DNA of 64,000 nt from Candidatus Poribacteria bacterium (GCA_965208675.1 OZ242351.1:3392001-3456000); one strand, 5' to 3'. Positions 38,079 to 48,822 are shown, numbered from the stretch's first letter. Notes: generated from the letters alone by a model not told the origin. Program-made: numbers and translations.

Positions 38079-41000
38079 TCAATCATCCAAATCTAACAAA
38101 TCAGATCTGCCAACGCTGAGTAGGTTTTCACGGGCGCGTTCTGCGTTTTGGCGCACCTCTTGATTGTCGCTTCCTAGCCCAGCTTTCAGGACTGTCTTTG
38201 CCTCCTCTGCATAGATATAGATGTTACCATGTCTACTTGCATCAGTTAGCTTGACGAAACACTCAATCACCCTTGCGGTGTGATCCGGAAGCAGTTTGCA
38301 CAGCACCTCCACCTGAGTAGCGATTGACAAATCTCCTGTTTGGTAGACATCAAGTACCTTAGCGTATGCATCCAGCCTCCATTCAGCTTCCAGGCACTCG
38401 GCTTCCAACCAGCCGGTAAACTGCTGAAGTTCTAACGGGTCTTTTTCTGCTAACCGCCAGTCAAAAAAGGCAATGATTCTATCTTTCAAATCTTTAGGTA
38501 GTTGCTCAGTATTCACCAGAAGGTCACCAACATAGTAAAATAGATTCGCCCAATGTTCTCGTTCGTCCGCCGTTAATTGGAAATATTGCTCAAGTGGGGA
38601 AAAGTGGTCATTGCGTCTCGCTAATCCTTTGAGCGGGTACATTCCCCACAAATAATAGTCAAACAGGTGGTGGCTAAGGCTGTCTATCAGTATTTCCTCG
38701 GGGTCATTTTGCTTTATGTGACGACCAATAATATCCAGCTCTTTTTCTTGGGAACCACCATGTTTCTTGAGGTCAGTCAGACACTGTAGCGCAAAATCAA
38801 AGTCGCCCCGAAAAATATCAAAGGTGCGCTCGAATGGGGGATTATAGTGTAAGAAGCTACTGAATGCAGCCAGCCATGCAGGCAACATGTCCTGTGGGAA
38901 AAAGTCTGATTTGTGCTCGGTCACCCATGACTCATTAAGAGTAAAGAAAAGACGATAATCTCTGCCTAGAATCGCATACTCGGGCAACGTCAAGGAATGC
39001 TCGGTTTCCGGTGCAAAGCGTTTTTCAAGTATCGCAGTTATCTCGGGTAATTCAGTCGCAGAATCATGCCTGCGTAACCAGTAACCGAATTTTGCAAGCG
39101 TCCTTAACGCGCGCCCTCGAACACTGTTGATGGCTTTATCAATTAGGTTGCCACGATACAAATTTGGATCCAGGTGCCGATCGAATTGCGTACAAAGCAT
39201 GTCTAGCAGCTTAGCAATTTGACCACGAGCGGTAACTGGTACGTCCAAATCCTTTTCGAGACAAGAATCGATAAAGTCGCCGACTATTTCTCGTGAATTG
39301 TACCAGTCAGGATTCTGTCGGGACTCATCTCCTTGTCTGCCTAGACTATAGTCGGTGTCGCTCCCTTCGTTGGGCTGTGAAAGTATCCATTCGCCAAATG
39401 TCAACCATTCGTGCAGTCTGTCGAAGTTCTTCTGTTTTACATCCGTTTGCATCCCGTCAATCATCATTCGCACGTAGATAGGCCGTGCAATTCTCCCGCA
39501 ATTGTCAATCCAAAACTGGAGTCTATTAGCATCGGGGAGGATTGATTTCGTAAAAACGGTCTGAAACGCGCGGGCGAGCCCTTCAACATTAATTTCCACA
39601 AGCGAGTTTCCTTCCGAGACTAGTTCATTCTCTTCCCATTCGTTTATGACAGAGAGTAACTCCGTGTCGGTGAGGTCGTATAGTGAGTCTATTGAGTGTG
39701 GACTGCGCCTTCCCACGGCTCCACTTTTTGTTCTAATTGGAGGATAATCCTCATCAGAAATTGGAATCGCAGATTCATTTTCCAACTCTTGAAAGTAGCT
39801 TTTATATTCACCAAACAACACCGGAACAAATGGTCTAAATTGTTTCCGATGGAAACGGCGTTGATGTTGCTTAAACTCTTCCTCGGTGAATCCATCTTTA
39901 GAGGGACCATTAAGAATGCAATCGAAGATATGTTTGCGTTTCTCTTCCGCAAGCAATGCCGTACCAAAATGTTGACAAGCGCTTTGTATCATTTGTTGAA
40001 ATTCATAACTATGCTCCCACCGATGATAATCTTCATGCGCCAGAATCATTTCGCGAATCCACGGTTTGGTTTGCTCACTTGGATATTGGGCATAAAGGTG
40101 CTGGCGCAGGCGTTTGAATATACGCCAATGCTTATTTCGTAAGGCGTCGTCCAAATCGTGAATTGAATCCGTCTCTTTTTCATAAACCGACTGACAAGCG
40201 AATGTGAGCGTGTGAACTAGTGATTTGTCAGCGGCTTCATAATCACCCTCAAATTCAACGAGCCGCTCACACCAGATTTCGGAATAGTCGAAATCTTTGT
40301 CAAATCCCTCCTGATGCGTTCGCAGACGAATCATATTGGCGGTGGCATTGATAAGAGTGCACGCAACCTTGTAAGGTTCTTTCTCGGCAAGCGGTCGAAC
40401 ACCTTTGGACATTATCTCACAGTATTCCCCGCGGTTAGTTCGAGGTGACGGCTCAAGTTGCGTCTCCGCTGCCATAGTTGCTATTGCGGCTAAATCTTGC
40501 GAGTTCTCTCCCCGCCGTTTTCGCTTGTCCTTGTCTCGAGGATCAGGCACAAACGCAACTAGTATTGTTGCAAGTTCCAATGCAGCCACCACCTGATTTT
40601 CCTTTGTCCAATGGGCTAACAAGTCCGCGTATTGATATGTCCAAACCTGATGCTCTAACTTCAGAGATTGAAGAATTTTTGGCATAAGTTTCGTAGATTC
40701 TTGCCCGTGGAGTTGCAAGGCAATTTCCAAAATGTCATCATAGACGTTAGGGTTGTCAACTTTAGGGAATCCCAATACTAGATTAGTGACTTCATCGGGG
40801 GCATGTTTGGAAATTTTTGCAAGATAGTGCAGGGGCCACCAAAAAGGAAAATTGACTCGACCTTCGCCTATTGGTTCTGCATCTGGCGGGTTATCGAAGT
40901 AACCTCTCATGTCAAGGTGGGATAACCAAGATGCATCTGCGGTCTCGGCAGCCTGCTTAAAGAAGAAAACATAGTTTGCACCTCTGCGCTCAATGAGGAA

Positions 41001-41702
41001 GAATATACGGTCTATGTCAGCCTCAGATCTGACGGTGCAATTCAAAATGGATTGAATTTCTTTCTGATCCTGAGCGGTAATGGGAGCGAGAAGGTCATAT
41101 ATTGTTCTTTCCAGGTCCTCCAAGCACCTTCTAAACTCTTTTTCATCCGGTTCGCTTTTATGGTGAGCAAAGTCTTCCAATCGCCTCCATAAATCTAGTA
41201 GTCGCTTCCGTTTCATTTCTTGAATCTCACTGCTAAAGCGATTGACCATTGGATCTATAGTCGCTACTGCTTTCCCAATCCGTTCTTTCCGATTTGGCTG
41301 CTGATTGCGCTCAAGATAAACGTCAAATTTGCTGAGGGTCTTGGCCAAATGCGCGTTAATTGTTTTGTTCTTCCAGCCTTCAGGGAAGCTTTCTTTGTCT
41401 TTCAAAAAGCGCTCGTTTAGCTGGCGTCGCATTCCCGCAAAGTCGGAATGGTATCCTTGTACATCGCTTCCCTCTATTACTCGTGGGAGTTTTTCGAGTA
41501 GTTCTCGTAGCGACTGTGCTGCTTGTGACATGCGATCAGGGTTAAAGGAGTTATCTAATGTGTAAAGAGCACCAAGGTACCAATTGCTTATTGGGTATTC
41601 TTCTGTTTCTTTATCTCTCAATATATCCAATAGCCGTTGCTGTTTAGGTGTTAGTCTCAGTGGTTCGGAAACTGTGTGATTGTCACTTGCATCCATCGTC
41701 AT
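38079..41702 (-). CDS. Large hypothetical protein (1207 aa); possible N-terminal HEPN-like domain and helical repeat body
   Basis: Uninterrupted ORF; ATGA overlap with mod; QAAQSLRELLE and RRLEDFAHH segments. Confidence 0.75.
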   Translation of the reverse strand: MTMDASDNHTVSEPLRLTPKQQRLLDILRDKETEEYPISNWYLGALYTLDNSFNPDRMSQAAQSLRELLEKLPRVIEGSDVQGYHSDFAGMRRQLNERFLKDKESFPEGWKNKTINAHLAKTLSKFDVYLERNQQPNRKERIGKAVATIDPMVNRFSSEIQEMKRKRLLDLWRRLEDFAHHKSEPDEKEFRRCLEDLERTIYDLLAPITAQDQKEIQSILNCTVRSEADIDRIFFLIERRGANYVFFFKQAAETADASWLSHLDMRGYFDNPPDAEPIGEGRVNFPFWWPLHYLAKISKHAPDEVTNLVLGFPKVDNPNVYDDILEIALQLHGQESTKLMPKILQSLKLEHQVWTYQYADLLAHWTKENQVVAALELATILVAFVPDPRDKDKRKRRGENSQDLAAIATMAAETQLEPSPRTNRGEYCEIMSKGVRPLAEKEPYKVACTLINATANMIRLRTHQEGFDKDFDYSEIWCERLVEFEGDYEAADKSLVHTLTFACQSVYEKETDSIHDLDDALRNKHWRIFKRLRQHLYAQYPSEQTKPWIREMILAHEDYHRWEHSYEFQQMIQSACQHFGTALLAEEKRKHIFDCILNGPSKDGFTEEEFKQHQRRFHRKQFRPFVPVLFGEYKSYFQELENESAIPISDEDYPPIRTKSGAVGRRSPHSIDSLYDLTDTELLSVINEWEENELVSEGNSLVEINVEGLARAFQTVFTKSILPDANRLQFWIDNCGRIARPIYVRMMIDGMQTDVKQKNFDRLHEWLTFGEWILSQPNEGSDTDYSLGRQGDESRQNPDWYNSREIVGDFIDSCLEKDLDVPVTARGQIAKLLDMLCTQFDRHLDPNLYRGNLIDKAINSVRGRALRTLAKFGYWLRRHDSATELPEITAILEKRFAPETEHSLTLPEYAILGRDYRLFFTLNESWVTEHKSDFFPQDMLPAWLAAFSSFLHYNPPFERTFDIFRGDFDFALQCLTDLKKHGGSQEKELDIIGRHIKQNDPEEILIDSLSHHLFDYYLWGMYPLKGLARRNDHFSPLEQYFQLTADEREHWANLFYYVGDLLVNTEQLPKDLKDRIIAFFDWRLAEKDPLELQQFTGWLEAECLEAEWRLDAYAKVLDVYQTGDLSIATQVEVLCKLLPDHTARVIECFVKLTDASRHGNIYIYAEEAKTVLKAGLGSDNQEVRQNAERARENLLSVGRSDLLDLDD

Positions 41703-43624
41703 TCTCCATAGAATTGTTTGTTCAACGCCTTGTCTTCCTCGCTGATACCAAAGTCCTCATCGTCAATTTCGGAGAGATTGACATACAATTGGTTCTTGTC
41801 CAGCAGTTCCGCGAGTAGTTTCTTCTGCTTTTCCAGTCCATTTTCGGTTTGACCGATTGCGATGAAATCCTCTACGGCATCTTCCGGTGTTTCTTCGTTC
41901 GCGTACCAGTTAAGGAATGAGTTTTCGGCGATGTCCCGCCAGAGCGACACCAGTTCATCGGACGATTGTGCGGCTTGTATTTTATCCATGAAGGCTTGGT
42001 TGTACGGCATCAATTCGCAATAGGTGAAGTCGCCGTGATTGTTTTGCTCAATAACCTTCTTGATGCGCTCCCTGGTTATTGTTTCAACGTAGTGCATCTG
42101 CTCGCAAATAATGAATTTTCGTTTACCTCCGTCTTTGTTTAGTTCCAACACGGCGTGAGCAGTCGTACCGCTGCCACCGAAGAAATCTAAGATAATCGCG
42201 TCTTTATCATCGGCGACCATTGAATACAAGCAGTCATAGACATTCCAAAGAGATTTTGGAAATGCAAAATCACAGTCAGACACGAGTGATTTTACAATTT
42301 GAGTTCCGTAGACATTAGCATCGTACCGGCTATCTTCCCAAACAGTGCGGTATACGCCAAAATCCTTTCCGATTTCAATTTCATAACCTGTTTTCGTTTT
42401 CTTTGCTCTGAGTAGATGCCTAACTTCTTCCACGCTCTGCCGCGCATATCTCCATTTGCGTTCAATCATATTATGATCAATCGGGTACACAAAATCACTC
42501 GTCTCATGCGGGACTGTTTGTGAAAAGGGATGTTCATCGCTATTAAGGACATCCCCAAACCCAGCAATCTCGCCCTCCTCCACAATAATCGGATAAAAGC
42601 AATTCTTCGCATTTTCACGTTTTGATTCTCCGCCCCAATTTCTGAAGTTTGACCATGTGACTTCTTCTGGGGGAATCTTTCTATCGCCAATTACCTTTTC
42701 TCCTTGTGGAATAACAAAAAGTGCATACTCGTGAGTATATGAGAAATTTGTCCCTTGAACACCGCGAGGGTTGTGTACAATTGTAATACAGTGGATTTCA
42801 TACTCGCTAAATATCTCTTTGAGCAAGACCGCTAGATACGCCTGTTCATTTTCATCAATGGCTACAATGAGGGCACCGTCTTTAGTCAGCAATTCTTTCG
42901 CTACTTCCAGCCTATTCTTCATGAACGTCAGCCAAGATGAATGATTGAAATTATTATTGTAGACGAATGTATTCGACGGACTATCCGGGTTGTACGGCGG
43001 GTCGATGTAAATCAGTTTAACCCTACCGCGGAACTGGGTTTTGAGGGTGTGTAACGCTAATAGGTTGTTCCCCTTGATGAGCAGGTTTTCCCGAATTACG
43101 CCATTGACATCACGCTTGATTTCCTTTACATTTTGCTCGCCATCCACCGTGTAGCGTGTCCAACCGGTCTGCACCTTGGGGTCAAAAAGGCGGTCAATTT
43201 CGTCCCGCGCCAAGATTTCATTGAAAAATATTTCTCTTCGCTTTTCCTCCTCCTTTGTCTGTCCGCCCTCCAAAACGCAGTCTTTGTAAGGCCAAACTAG
43301 AGACACCTCAGCACGTTCCCTGAGAAATTTGTCCTCAATGTTCAAGCCGATTTTGTTGCGGAAGCGGGTGTAGGAATTGGCAAGGAAATTTTTGTCGGAG
43401 ATGTAGTCAATGAAGGTGACCGTATTGAATATCCAGTGTCCGTCAATCTCGTCAAAGAATTGGGATTTGATGTCGGGGTCACGCAGTAGCAATCTCACGA
43501 GGCCGTGGTCAATTTTCCGCGCTTGATTGATTACGGTCGCTTTGACTAATTCGCCTTCGTTGTCAACGAAACGGGGGTCGGTTTTGAGAAGGTTTGTTAG
43601 TTTTTCGTGAAAGTGATTTGACAT
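41699..43624 (-). CDS. mod: Type III R-M methyltransferase subunit
   Basis: LIYIDPPY followed by LDFFGGSGTT (beta-class amino-MTase); linked to res. Confidence 0.92.
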   Translation of the reverse strand: MSNHFHEKLTNLLKTDPRFVDNEGELVKATVINQARKIDHGLVRLLLRDPDIKSQFFDEIDGHWIFNTVTFIDYISDKNFLANSYTRFRNKIGLNIEDKFLRERAEVSLVWPYKDCVLEGGQTKEEEKRREIFFNEILARDEIDRLFDPKVQTGWTRYTVDGEQNVKEIKRDVNGVIRENLLIKGNNLLALHTLKTQFRGRVKLIYIDPPYNPDSPSNTFVYNNNFNHSSWLTFMKNRLEVAKELLTKDGALIVAIDENEQAYLAVLLKEIFSEYEIHCITIVHNPRGVQGTNFSYTHEYALFVIPQGEKVIGDRKIPPEEVTWSNFRNWGGESKRENAKNCFYPIIVEEGEIAGFGDVLNSDEHPFSQTVPHETSDFVYPIDHNMIERKWRYARQSVEEVRHLLRAKKTKTGYEIEIGKDFGVYRTVWEDSRYDANVYGTQIVKSLVSDCDFAFPKSLWNVYDCLYSMVADDKDAIILDFFGGSGTTAHAVLELNKDGGKRKFIICEQMHYVETITRERIKKVIEQNNHGDFTYCELMPYNQAFMDKIQAAQSSDELVSLWRDIAENSFLNWYANEETPEDAVEDFIAIGQTENGLEKQKKLLAELLDKNQLYVNLSEIDDEDFGISEEDKALNKQFYGE

Positions 43625-43682
43625 GTTGAGGCTCCTGCGGCGTCGTCATGGTTGATGTCTATTCATGAGATTTCACGTTGCT

Positions 43683-44441
43683 CTATTTAGGCGGAGTGTG
43701 TTTCATAATTGTGCGTTCTATTAAATTTATCAATCGATTCATCAGCTCATGAGGATTTGTCTGCTTGAAAGCGATTTCGTGCAGTGTAGAAGTATTATAC
43801 CGAGTACCGCGTCCGGGGGCGTTTAGAAAACGAAGCAGTATTTGGAAAAGTGATTTTCCTCGGAGTTGTAGTTTGTACCCGTCCCTTATTCGGTGATAGA
43901 GTTCATTTCCAGGAGGGCGAAATCCACGTTGTGTTCGGAATTCGAGATCCATTTCGGTCACTCCAATCGGGACAATCTCGTTGCAGTGTTTATTTACTTG
44001 CGCCTCCCTTCCCGCCAAATGCTCTTCGACTTCAAAAGAAAACCACTTGATTAATGAAGCCAATACCTGTTGGTGTTCCCTAGCTTCATCGGATTCAAGC
44101 TGGTTTTCCAAATCGGCACCTGCATACAGGTCATTCTCAATGCTATACCCTTGTGTCCAAATGATACCGTGATAGTGTGTCGGAATTCCGGAGAACAGCC
44201 ACATATCTCTATCCGCGACGAAAGCGACGGGCAAATGAGCATATTCATTTCTTCTTTTATAAACCGCTAGGAGCATGTCTCTCCCGCCCACAGGCAGTAC
44301 ATTTGCGTTTCGTGTGCCGATACGCGCTTCTACCCACCGATAGATTCGCTCATCCTCTTTGCCTTCAACAATAACTGTTGGGAGTTGAGAGCGACGAAGT
44401 GTCGCTACTAACTCGTTTTCTGTGGGATAATGCGCTGGCAT
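43683..44441 (-). CDS. DUF4435-like TOPRIM protein (AriB-like)
   Basis: IVEGKED, GG, ADRD and YSIEN motifs; TAATG overlap with the ATPase gene. Confidence 0.82.
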   Translation of the reverse strand: MPAHYPTENELVATLRRSQLPTVIVEGKEDERIYRWVEARIGTRNANVLPVGGRDMLLAVYKRRNEYAHLPVAFVADRDMWLFSGIPTHYHGIIWTQGYSIENDLYAGADLENQLESDEAREHQQVLASLIKWFSFEVEEHLAGREAQVNKHCNEIVPIGVTEMDLEFRTQRGFRPPGNELYHRIRDGYKLQLRGKSLFQILLRFLNAPGRGTRYNTSTLHEIAFKQTNPHELMNRLINLIERTIMKHTPPK

Positions 44442-45589
44442 TACTCTCCTCCGCGATCTTTCCCCAAGAGGACTTCTTTTTCAGGAAATTTAGTATAAAT
44501 AAAGGGCGAATGTGTAGCAACGAAAAACTGATTTTTTGTTTCCTGTTCAAGTAAGGTGGGCAATAGAAGTCTTTGCCAATCGACGTGGAGACTTAACTCC
44601 GGCTCGTCAATGAAAATTGCTGTATTTTCGTTAAAAGTGTTGTAGCACAAAAAACTGAGCATCTGTTTTTCTCCAGAGGAAAGTTTGTTAGAGTTGATTG
44701 CCTCCTTTGTCTCTCCAAATGCAACCGTCTTTGTAACGCAAATTCCCTTCTGGTAAAAAATTTCAAGAATCCGTTCGCGCAACACTACAAACGGTTTACG
44801 TAACGCCTCTCTCTCATTGGTAACCTGATTAACCCGATTTTGTATACCTGCTAATACGGGAGTGGCATCGTCAAGTGGCTTCGTTTTGGAAATTTTGCGT
44901 GTAATGTCTTCCGACAACTTCGTATGAAGCGCGTCCGTCTTTTCAGAAATTTCGGTGTATTTCTCTGTCAGCAGGTCGGCAATATCATGAGTTGAAATTG
45001 AAGCAATGAACCTATGGTCATCAGACGCTGACATTTCAATTGATAGTCGTGACATCGCTTCTTGAAGCATCTCTGCTAAATTATTCACAGGGTTGTCTCG
45101 TCTCCGGTTGGTCAAATCTTCAGTACGAGTATATCTGCGGGCGGAATCATCAGTGGGAATGTGCCTGAGACTCCTAGCAAAACCTCCTTCTATTCTTCTA
45201 AACGATGGAAAGAATAAGCTGTTCATCCTATGGGAGGTTTGTTCATTTATCTCCTCTATCTGTTTATGAATTACGGTCTGCAATGGTGTCTTAAAATCTA
45301 CATCCACATTACCCTCATTAACGAACTCACATCTAAGCTTACCTACGCCAGATTCAAATTGAGTAATGGACAGAGTAAACGAGGAAGTTTCAATTACGAC
45401 AGACTGAAGCGGAATGTCAGAAACTATCTGTCCGATATTTCCACTGATTAAATACCAAATTAGTTTCAGCAACGTTGTCTTGCCCGAGCCGTTTCGCCCA
45501 GTGATGATGTTCAAGTCTTCGTTGAACTCCCAAGCACCATCAATACGGGTATTCAGTCCCTTTACTTCAAGTTTTCGGATCATGTGCAT
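44441..45589 (-). CDS. AAA_15/AAA_21-type ABC ATPase (AriA-like)
   Basis: GRNGSGKT, LSSGEKQ, IFIDEPE, ATHSP; coiled-coil insert; no TM. Confidence 0.9.
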   Translation of the reverse strand: MHMIRKLEVKGLNTRIDGAWEFNEDLNIITGRNGSGKTTLLKLIWYLISGNIGQIVSDIPLQSVVIETSSFTLSITQFESGVGKLRCEFVNEGNVDVDFKTPLQTVIHKQIEEINEQTSHRMNSLFFPSFRRIEGGFARSLRHIPTDDSARRYTRTEDLTNRRRDNPVNNLAEMLQEAMSRLSIEMSASDDHRFIASISTHDIADLLTEKYTEISEKTDALHTKLSEDITRKISKTKPLDDATPVLAGIQNRVNQVTNEREALRKPFVVLRERILEIFYQKGICVTKTVAFGETKEAINSNKLSSGEKQMLSFLCYNTFNENTAIFIDEPELSLHVDWQRLLLPTLLEQETKNQFFVATHSPFIYTKFPEKEVLLGKDRGGE

Positions 45590-45641
45590 GTATTTCCTTT
45601 CTTTGAGCGGTCAGGACGATTGGCGGGATTCGCCAAAAACA

Positions 45642-45795
45642 ATGATATACCCCAAACCCGTCATTTGTCAATTGCTATTGGCGCATGTAGGAAGAAAGTG
45701 CTAAACGAATAGAGTAAGTGTTGGCTTTCGGTGCAAACTGGAAGAAACTATTGGTTACCCTATTTAGTCGGTTGATCGCTCTACCTAACCTACAA
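45642..45795 (-). repeat. About 150-bp dispersed repeat with leftward promoter, copy 1
   Basis: Colinear similarity to 51911-52060; TTGACA-18-TATCAT on the minus strand. Confidence 0.6.
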
Positions 45796-45939
45796 GACTT
45801 CTCAGTATGCAACGCAGTATTCCCAGTACGGCGGTAGAGACGTTCTCTCGATCCCCTCTCCGCAAACTTAATATTACCCGCATCTCAATGAGATCGAATC
45901 ACGCTTTCCTAGAAACATTGATTTATCGCAAATGTCCAC

Positions 45940-46072
45940 ATTCCGCTCCGCTGGAGCGGGTATGGGGCGGACATGTCTCGGCTATAGACATAGCACTCCG
46001 CAGGAGTGCGCGGCATTGTTACCTATTTAGGCGTTTGCAGTTAGAAGGGTTTCGCTCCAGCGGAGCGGCATG
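45940..46072. repeat. Cluster of short palindromes (GCTCCGCTGGAGC family)
   Basis: Three related hairpins: CCGCTCCGCTGGAGCGG, GCACTCCGCAGGAGTGC, CGCTCCAGCGGAGCG. Confidence 0.65.
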
Positions 46073-46099
46073 TTTCTTGGCAAGGGGAGGGTTTTGGGC

Positions 46100-48685
46100 T
46101 TACAGGTGTTCGTTTTTTTGCAAGGCGGACCCAAGGCACTCCCGGAACGGGGTTTCATCTTGGTTGTTGTAGAATGGGACGCCAAGCAGTCTGTATGATT
46201 GCGTTCCGCTACGGGTCTCAAAATCGAGCGTTTTGCCGTCGAATTTTTCTTTTATTTGTTTCAGGAAATCGGCTTTCCATTGGTCGTGTTCTTGCAAGTG
46301 CTTTCCTTTCGGTTCGATAATTATCTGATAGGTGAGGGTGGTTCCGCTTTTTTCACGCAGGTACAGCACGAAATCGGGTTCAAATGCCTGTCCGTCGTCG
46401 AAGTTGTAAATTTTGAAATGCCTTTCGTTTCGGATAAGATATATTCCGTCGTATTTTTCCTTTAGCCAGTGTGTCTGCGCGTCGAGCATTCGGACAAACG
46501 CCTTTTCCTCGCTGGTGCCGTAGTTGGCGTTGTACACATACCAATCCCTATTTGAGACCAAAGCCTCGTCCCCATCCGCCCGTTCGCTGCCTTCAACCAA
46601 TTTTAGGGTTTTGTCGGTGAATATTGAACTGATGCTGTTCGGCGCGAACGTCGATGTGCCCTTGTATTCGGTTGTGTTTTGACGCAACTCAACCGTAATT
46701 CGGTTAAGGAGATCCGTCATGGCGTCGAGTTGGGCGCGGTTGGATAGAGGCATCAACTCAGAAGGCTCGCCTTGGAACGTGATTGACATCCCACCCAGGT
46801 ACTCATCCGATTCGATGAATTGACGGACGGATTTCAGGTGTGGAAAATATCTTTGCAAGGTGTTGAAGACAAAGAAGGGATTCCTCGCCACCGCGCTTCG
46901 CACTATATGGAACGGTATGGCTTTCACCTGCACATTTCTGCGATTTGCTTCTGCAATCTGCTGCACCTCGCTGCTGCCCGTCAGAATTGCCTCAGATACG
47001 CCTTTGCCAGTGGGGATTGAATACTCGAATCTCTGTGAGGACACACCGATATCGGCAAATGAGCGGACATCCTCATTTCTGTTCACAACCCGTTCATTGA
47101 TGTAGATAACGCCACGCTTGTAGAGATCGGATTCCTTAAAAGAAGATTTCATTTCAAGCGACTTGTCTACAGCTTTTTCGTCAAGGATTCCTTCGTTAAT
47201 TAGTGCGGTGCGAATCTCCGAGATATATCTAGGTTCGTTCTCGCTGTGATAGTGCAACTCCTCCAACACGCGGAGTTCCGCCGTTAGGTCATTATCGAAT
47301 TTTCGCCGGTATCGGTCGGGATTGCCGTCGGCGGCGAAAGGGAAGTAACGCGCCCCGCGTCCAATCAGTTGCGCTTCGGACATCGTGGTTTTTCCGATTT
47401 TGCTTTTTCCGGAATCTCGCCCTTCGTAACACCGAACGATATCGAAAAGGTTTAGAACGTCCCACCCTTCGTTCAGTTTATGGACAGCGAAGATGGCGCG
47501 GATGCGGTTGTCGGGGTTTTCGAGGGTGTTGACCAGAAGTTGATAGTTCTCTTTCTCTGTTTCATCGTTGACCGAGAGGCAGTATTCCTCACGAAATTCC
47601 CGTTTTATGCGCTCCGCCAGCCCTTCATCGGTGATGTTGTTCGCGTCGAAGAATTGAAATGCCCGTTGAACCAGCGGAATATTCGATCGGCGAATATTGG
47701 CAATGTGCGCTCCCGTGAGATTATCAATGAGTTTATGAAATTCGGCTTTGTTGGTTTTCGACTGCTCAATGGTGCGTTTCGCCTTGAACAGAATTACCGG
47801 TTTGAGGTTTATCTGATGTTTTGCCGCGACCTCCCGCTTGTATTGGTTGAGAATCAATGCCTGAATGGTGCGGTCTTTTTCTTCAAATTCTGATCGAACG
47901 ATATAGACATCCTTGGAGAAGCGGTCATTCCGGAATTCACGTAAGTCATACTTGAACAATACCTTGTTGCGGTATTTATCAACAATGTCTTTGTGGGTGT
48001 AGTCTAGGGTAGCGGTAAATTCCAGGAGCAAATTGTCTAGATTTTGACGAAAGATTCGCTCCACCGTATGTTCCCAGCTTTCTAACAGTTCACGACCGGC
48101 TTTGGTGCTGGTGTTGATGTGATGCGCCTCGTCAGCCAGAAGGACTATCTTTTTGTCTCGGAAATCCTCATAGGTTAAAGCATTTTCCTTCGCGGTTGTC
48201 AAATCGGCATGCAATTTTTGGATGGTAGTGAAGCAGATGTTGATGTCGTTTTGGTTGGCGCCTTCGAAATTGGCGACCGGTGTCACGGGGACGCGAGCCG
48301 ATTTGAAGTGAATGGGTTCGTCAAACAGGTATTTGGAAGACAAAGGATTAAGGAAGTTGTCCTTTGTCTTTTCGATGATGTTGGTGGAGTTGACAAAGAA
48401 TAGGAAGTTTCGATAGCCTTTCTCGTAAAGGTATAGAATCAAGCCCGCCATAATGAGAGTTTTGCCGCTGCCAGTCGCCATGTTGAAAAGGAGATGGAGG
48501 GGCGTTTCTTTTCCCGGGAATTCGCTGTCAAGACAGTGAAAAAAGCGGGCGAAGGCTTCTATCTGATAAGGGCGGAGGTCAAACGCCGAGTTCAGATTGT
48601 CACTGAGATAATCTGGGATTTCCTTTTTTAGAAAGCCCATTTGGGAAACAGAATCGAGCGTTTCGTATAAAAACTTGTCAGGCAT
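46100..48685 (-). CDS. res: Type III R-M restriction subunit (SF2 helicase plus PD-(D/E)xK nuclease)
   Basis: LRPYQ, MATGSGKT, DEAHH, FTAT, EGWD, QLIGRGAR and FEPDF...IEPKG motifs. Confidence 0.93.
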   Translation of the reverse strand: MPDKFLYETLDSVSQMGFLKKEIPDYLSDNLNSAFDLRPYQIEAFARFFHCLDSEFPGKETPLHLLFNMATGSGKTLIMAGLILYLYEKGYRNFLFFVNSTNIIEKTKDNFLNPLSSKYLFDEPIHFKSARVPVTPVANFEGANQNDINICFTTIQKLHADLTTAKENALTYEDFRDKKIVLLADEAHHINTSTKAGRELLESWEHTVERIFRQNLDNLLLEFTATLDYTHKDIVDKYRNKVLFKYDLREFRNDRFSKDVYIVRSEFEEKDRTIQALILNQYKREVAAKHQINLKPVILFKAKRTIEQSKTNKAEFHKLIDNLTGAHIANIRRSNIPLVQRAFQFFDANNITDEGLAERIKREFREEYCLSVNDETEKENYQLLVNTLENPDNRIRAIFAVHKLNEGWDVLNLFDIVRCYEGRDSGKSKIGKTTMSEAQLIGRGARYFPFAADGNPDRYRRKFDNDLTAELRVLEELHYHSENEPRYISEIRTALINEGILDEKAVDKSLEMKSSFKESDLYKRGVIYINERVVNRNEDVRSFADIGVSSQRFEYSIPTGKGVSEAILTGSSEVQQIAEANRRNVQVKAIPFHIVRSAVARNPFFVFNTLQRYFPHLKSVRQFIESDEYLGGMSITFQGEPSELMPLSNRAQLDAMTDLLNRITVELRQNTTEYKGTSTFAPNSISSIFTDKTLKLVEGSERADGDEALVSNRDWYVYNANYGTSEEKAFVRMLDAQTHWLKEKYDGIYLIRNERHFKIYNFDDGQAFEPDFVLYLREKSGTTLTYQIIIEPKGKHLQEHDQWKADFLKQIKEKFDGKTLDFETRSGTQSYRLLGVPFYNNQDETPFRECLGSALQKNEHL

Positions 48686-48709
48686 TATACATCTCTCTGA
48701 GAAAAAGAT

Positions 48710-48822
48710 AAGCGTTGGGTTTCAGAGAAGAGACTATCGCCCTCCCTGTTCGGTCGGTTGATCCTTCGCTATTTGCTTAGTTGATCGTTGGGTTTCGCGT
48801 GCGCGCTCTACCCAACCTACAA
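48710..48822. repeat. REP-type dispersed repeat upstream of res
   Basis: GAAGAGACTATCGCCCTCCCTGTTCGGTCGG...CTCTACCCAACCTAC; related segments at 51137-51200 and 52111-52180. Confidence 0.7.

Noticed and set aside
41699-43624. Phase-variable mod (phasevarion)
   Set aside because: No simple-sequence repeat tract seen in or before the gene
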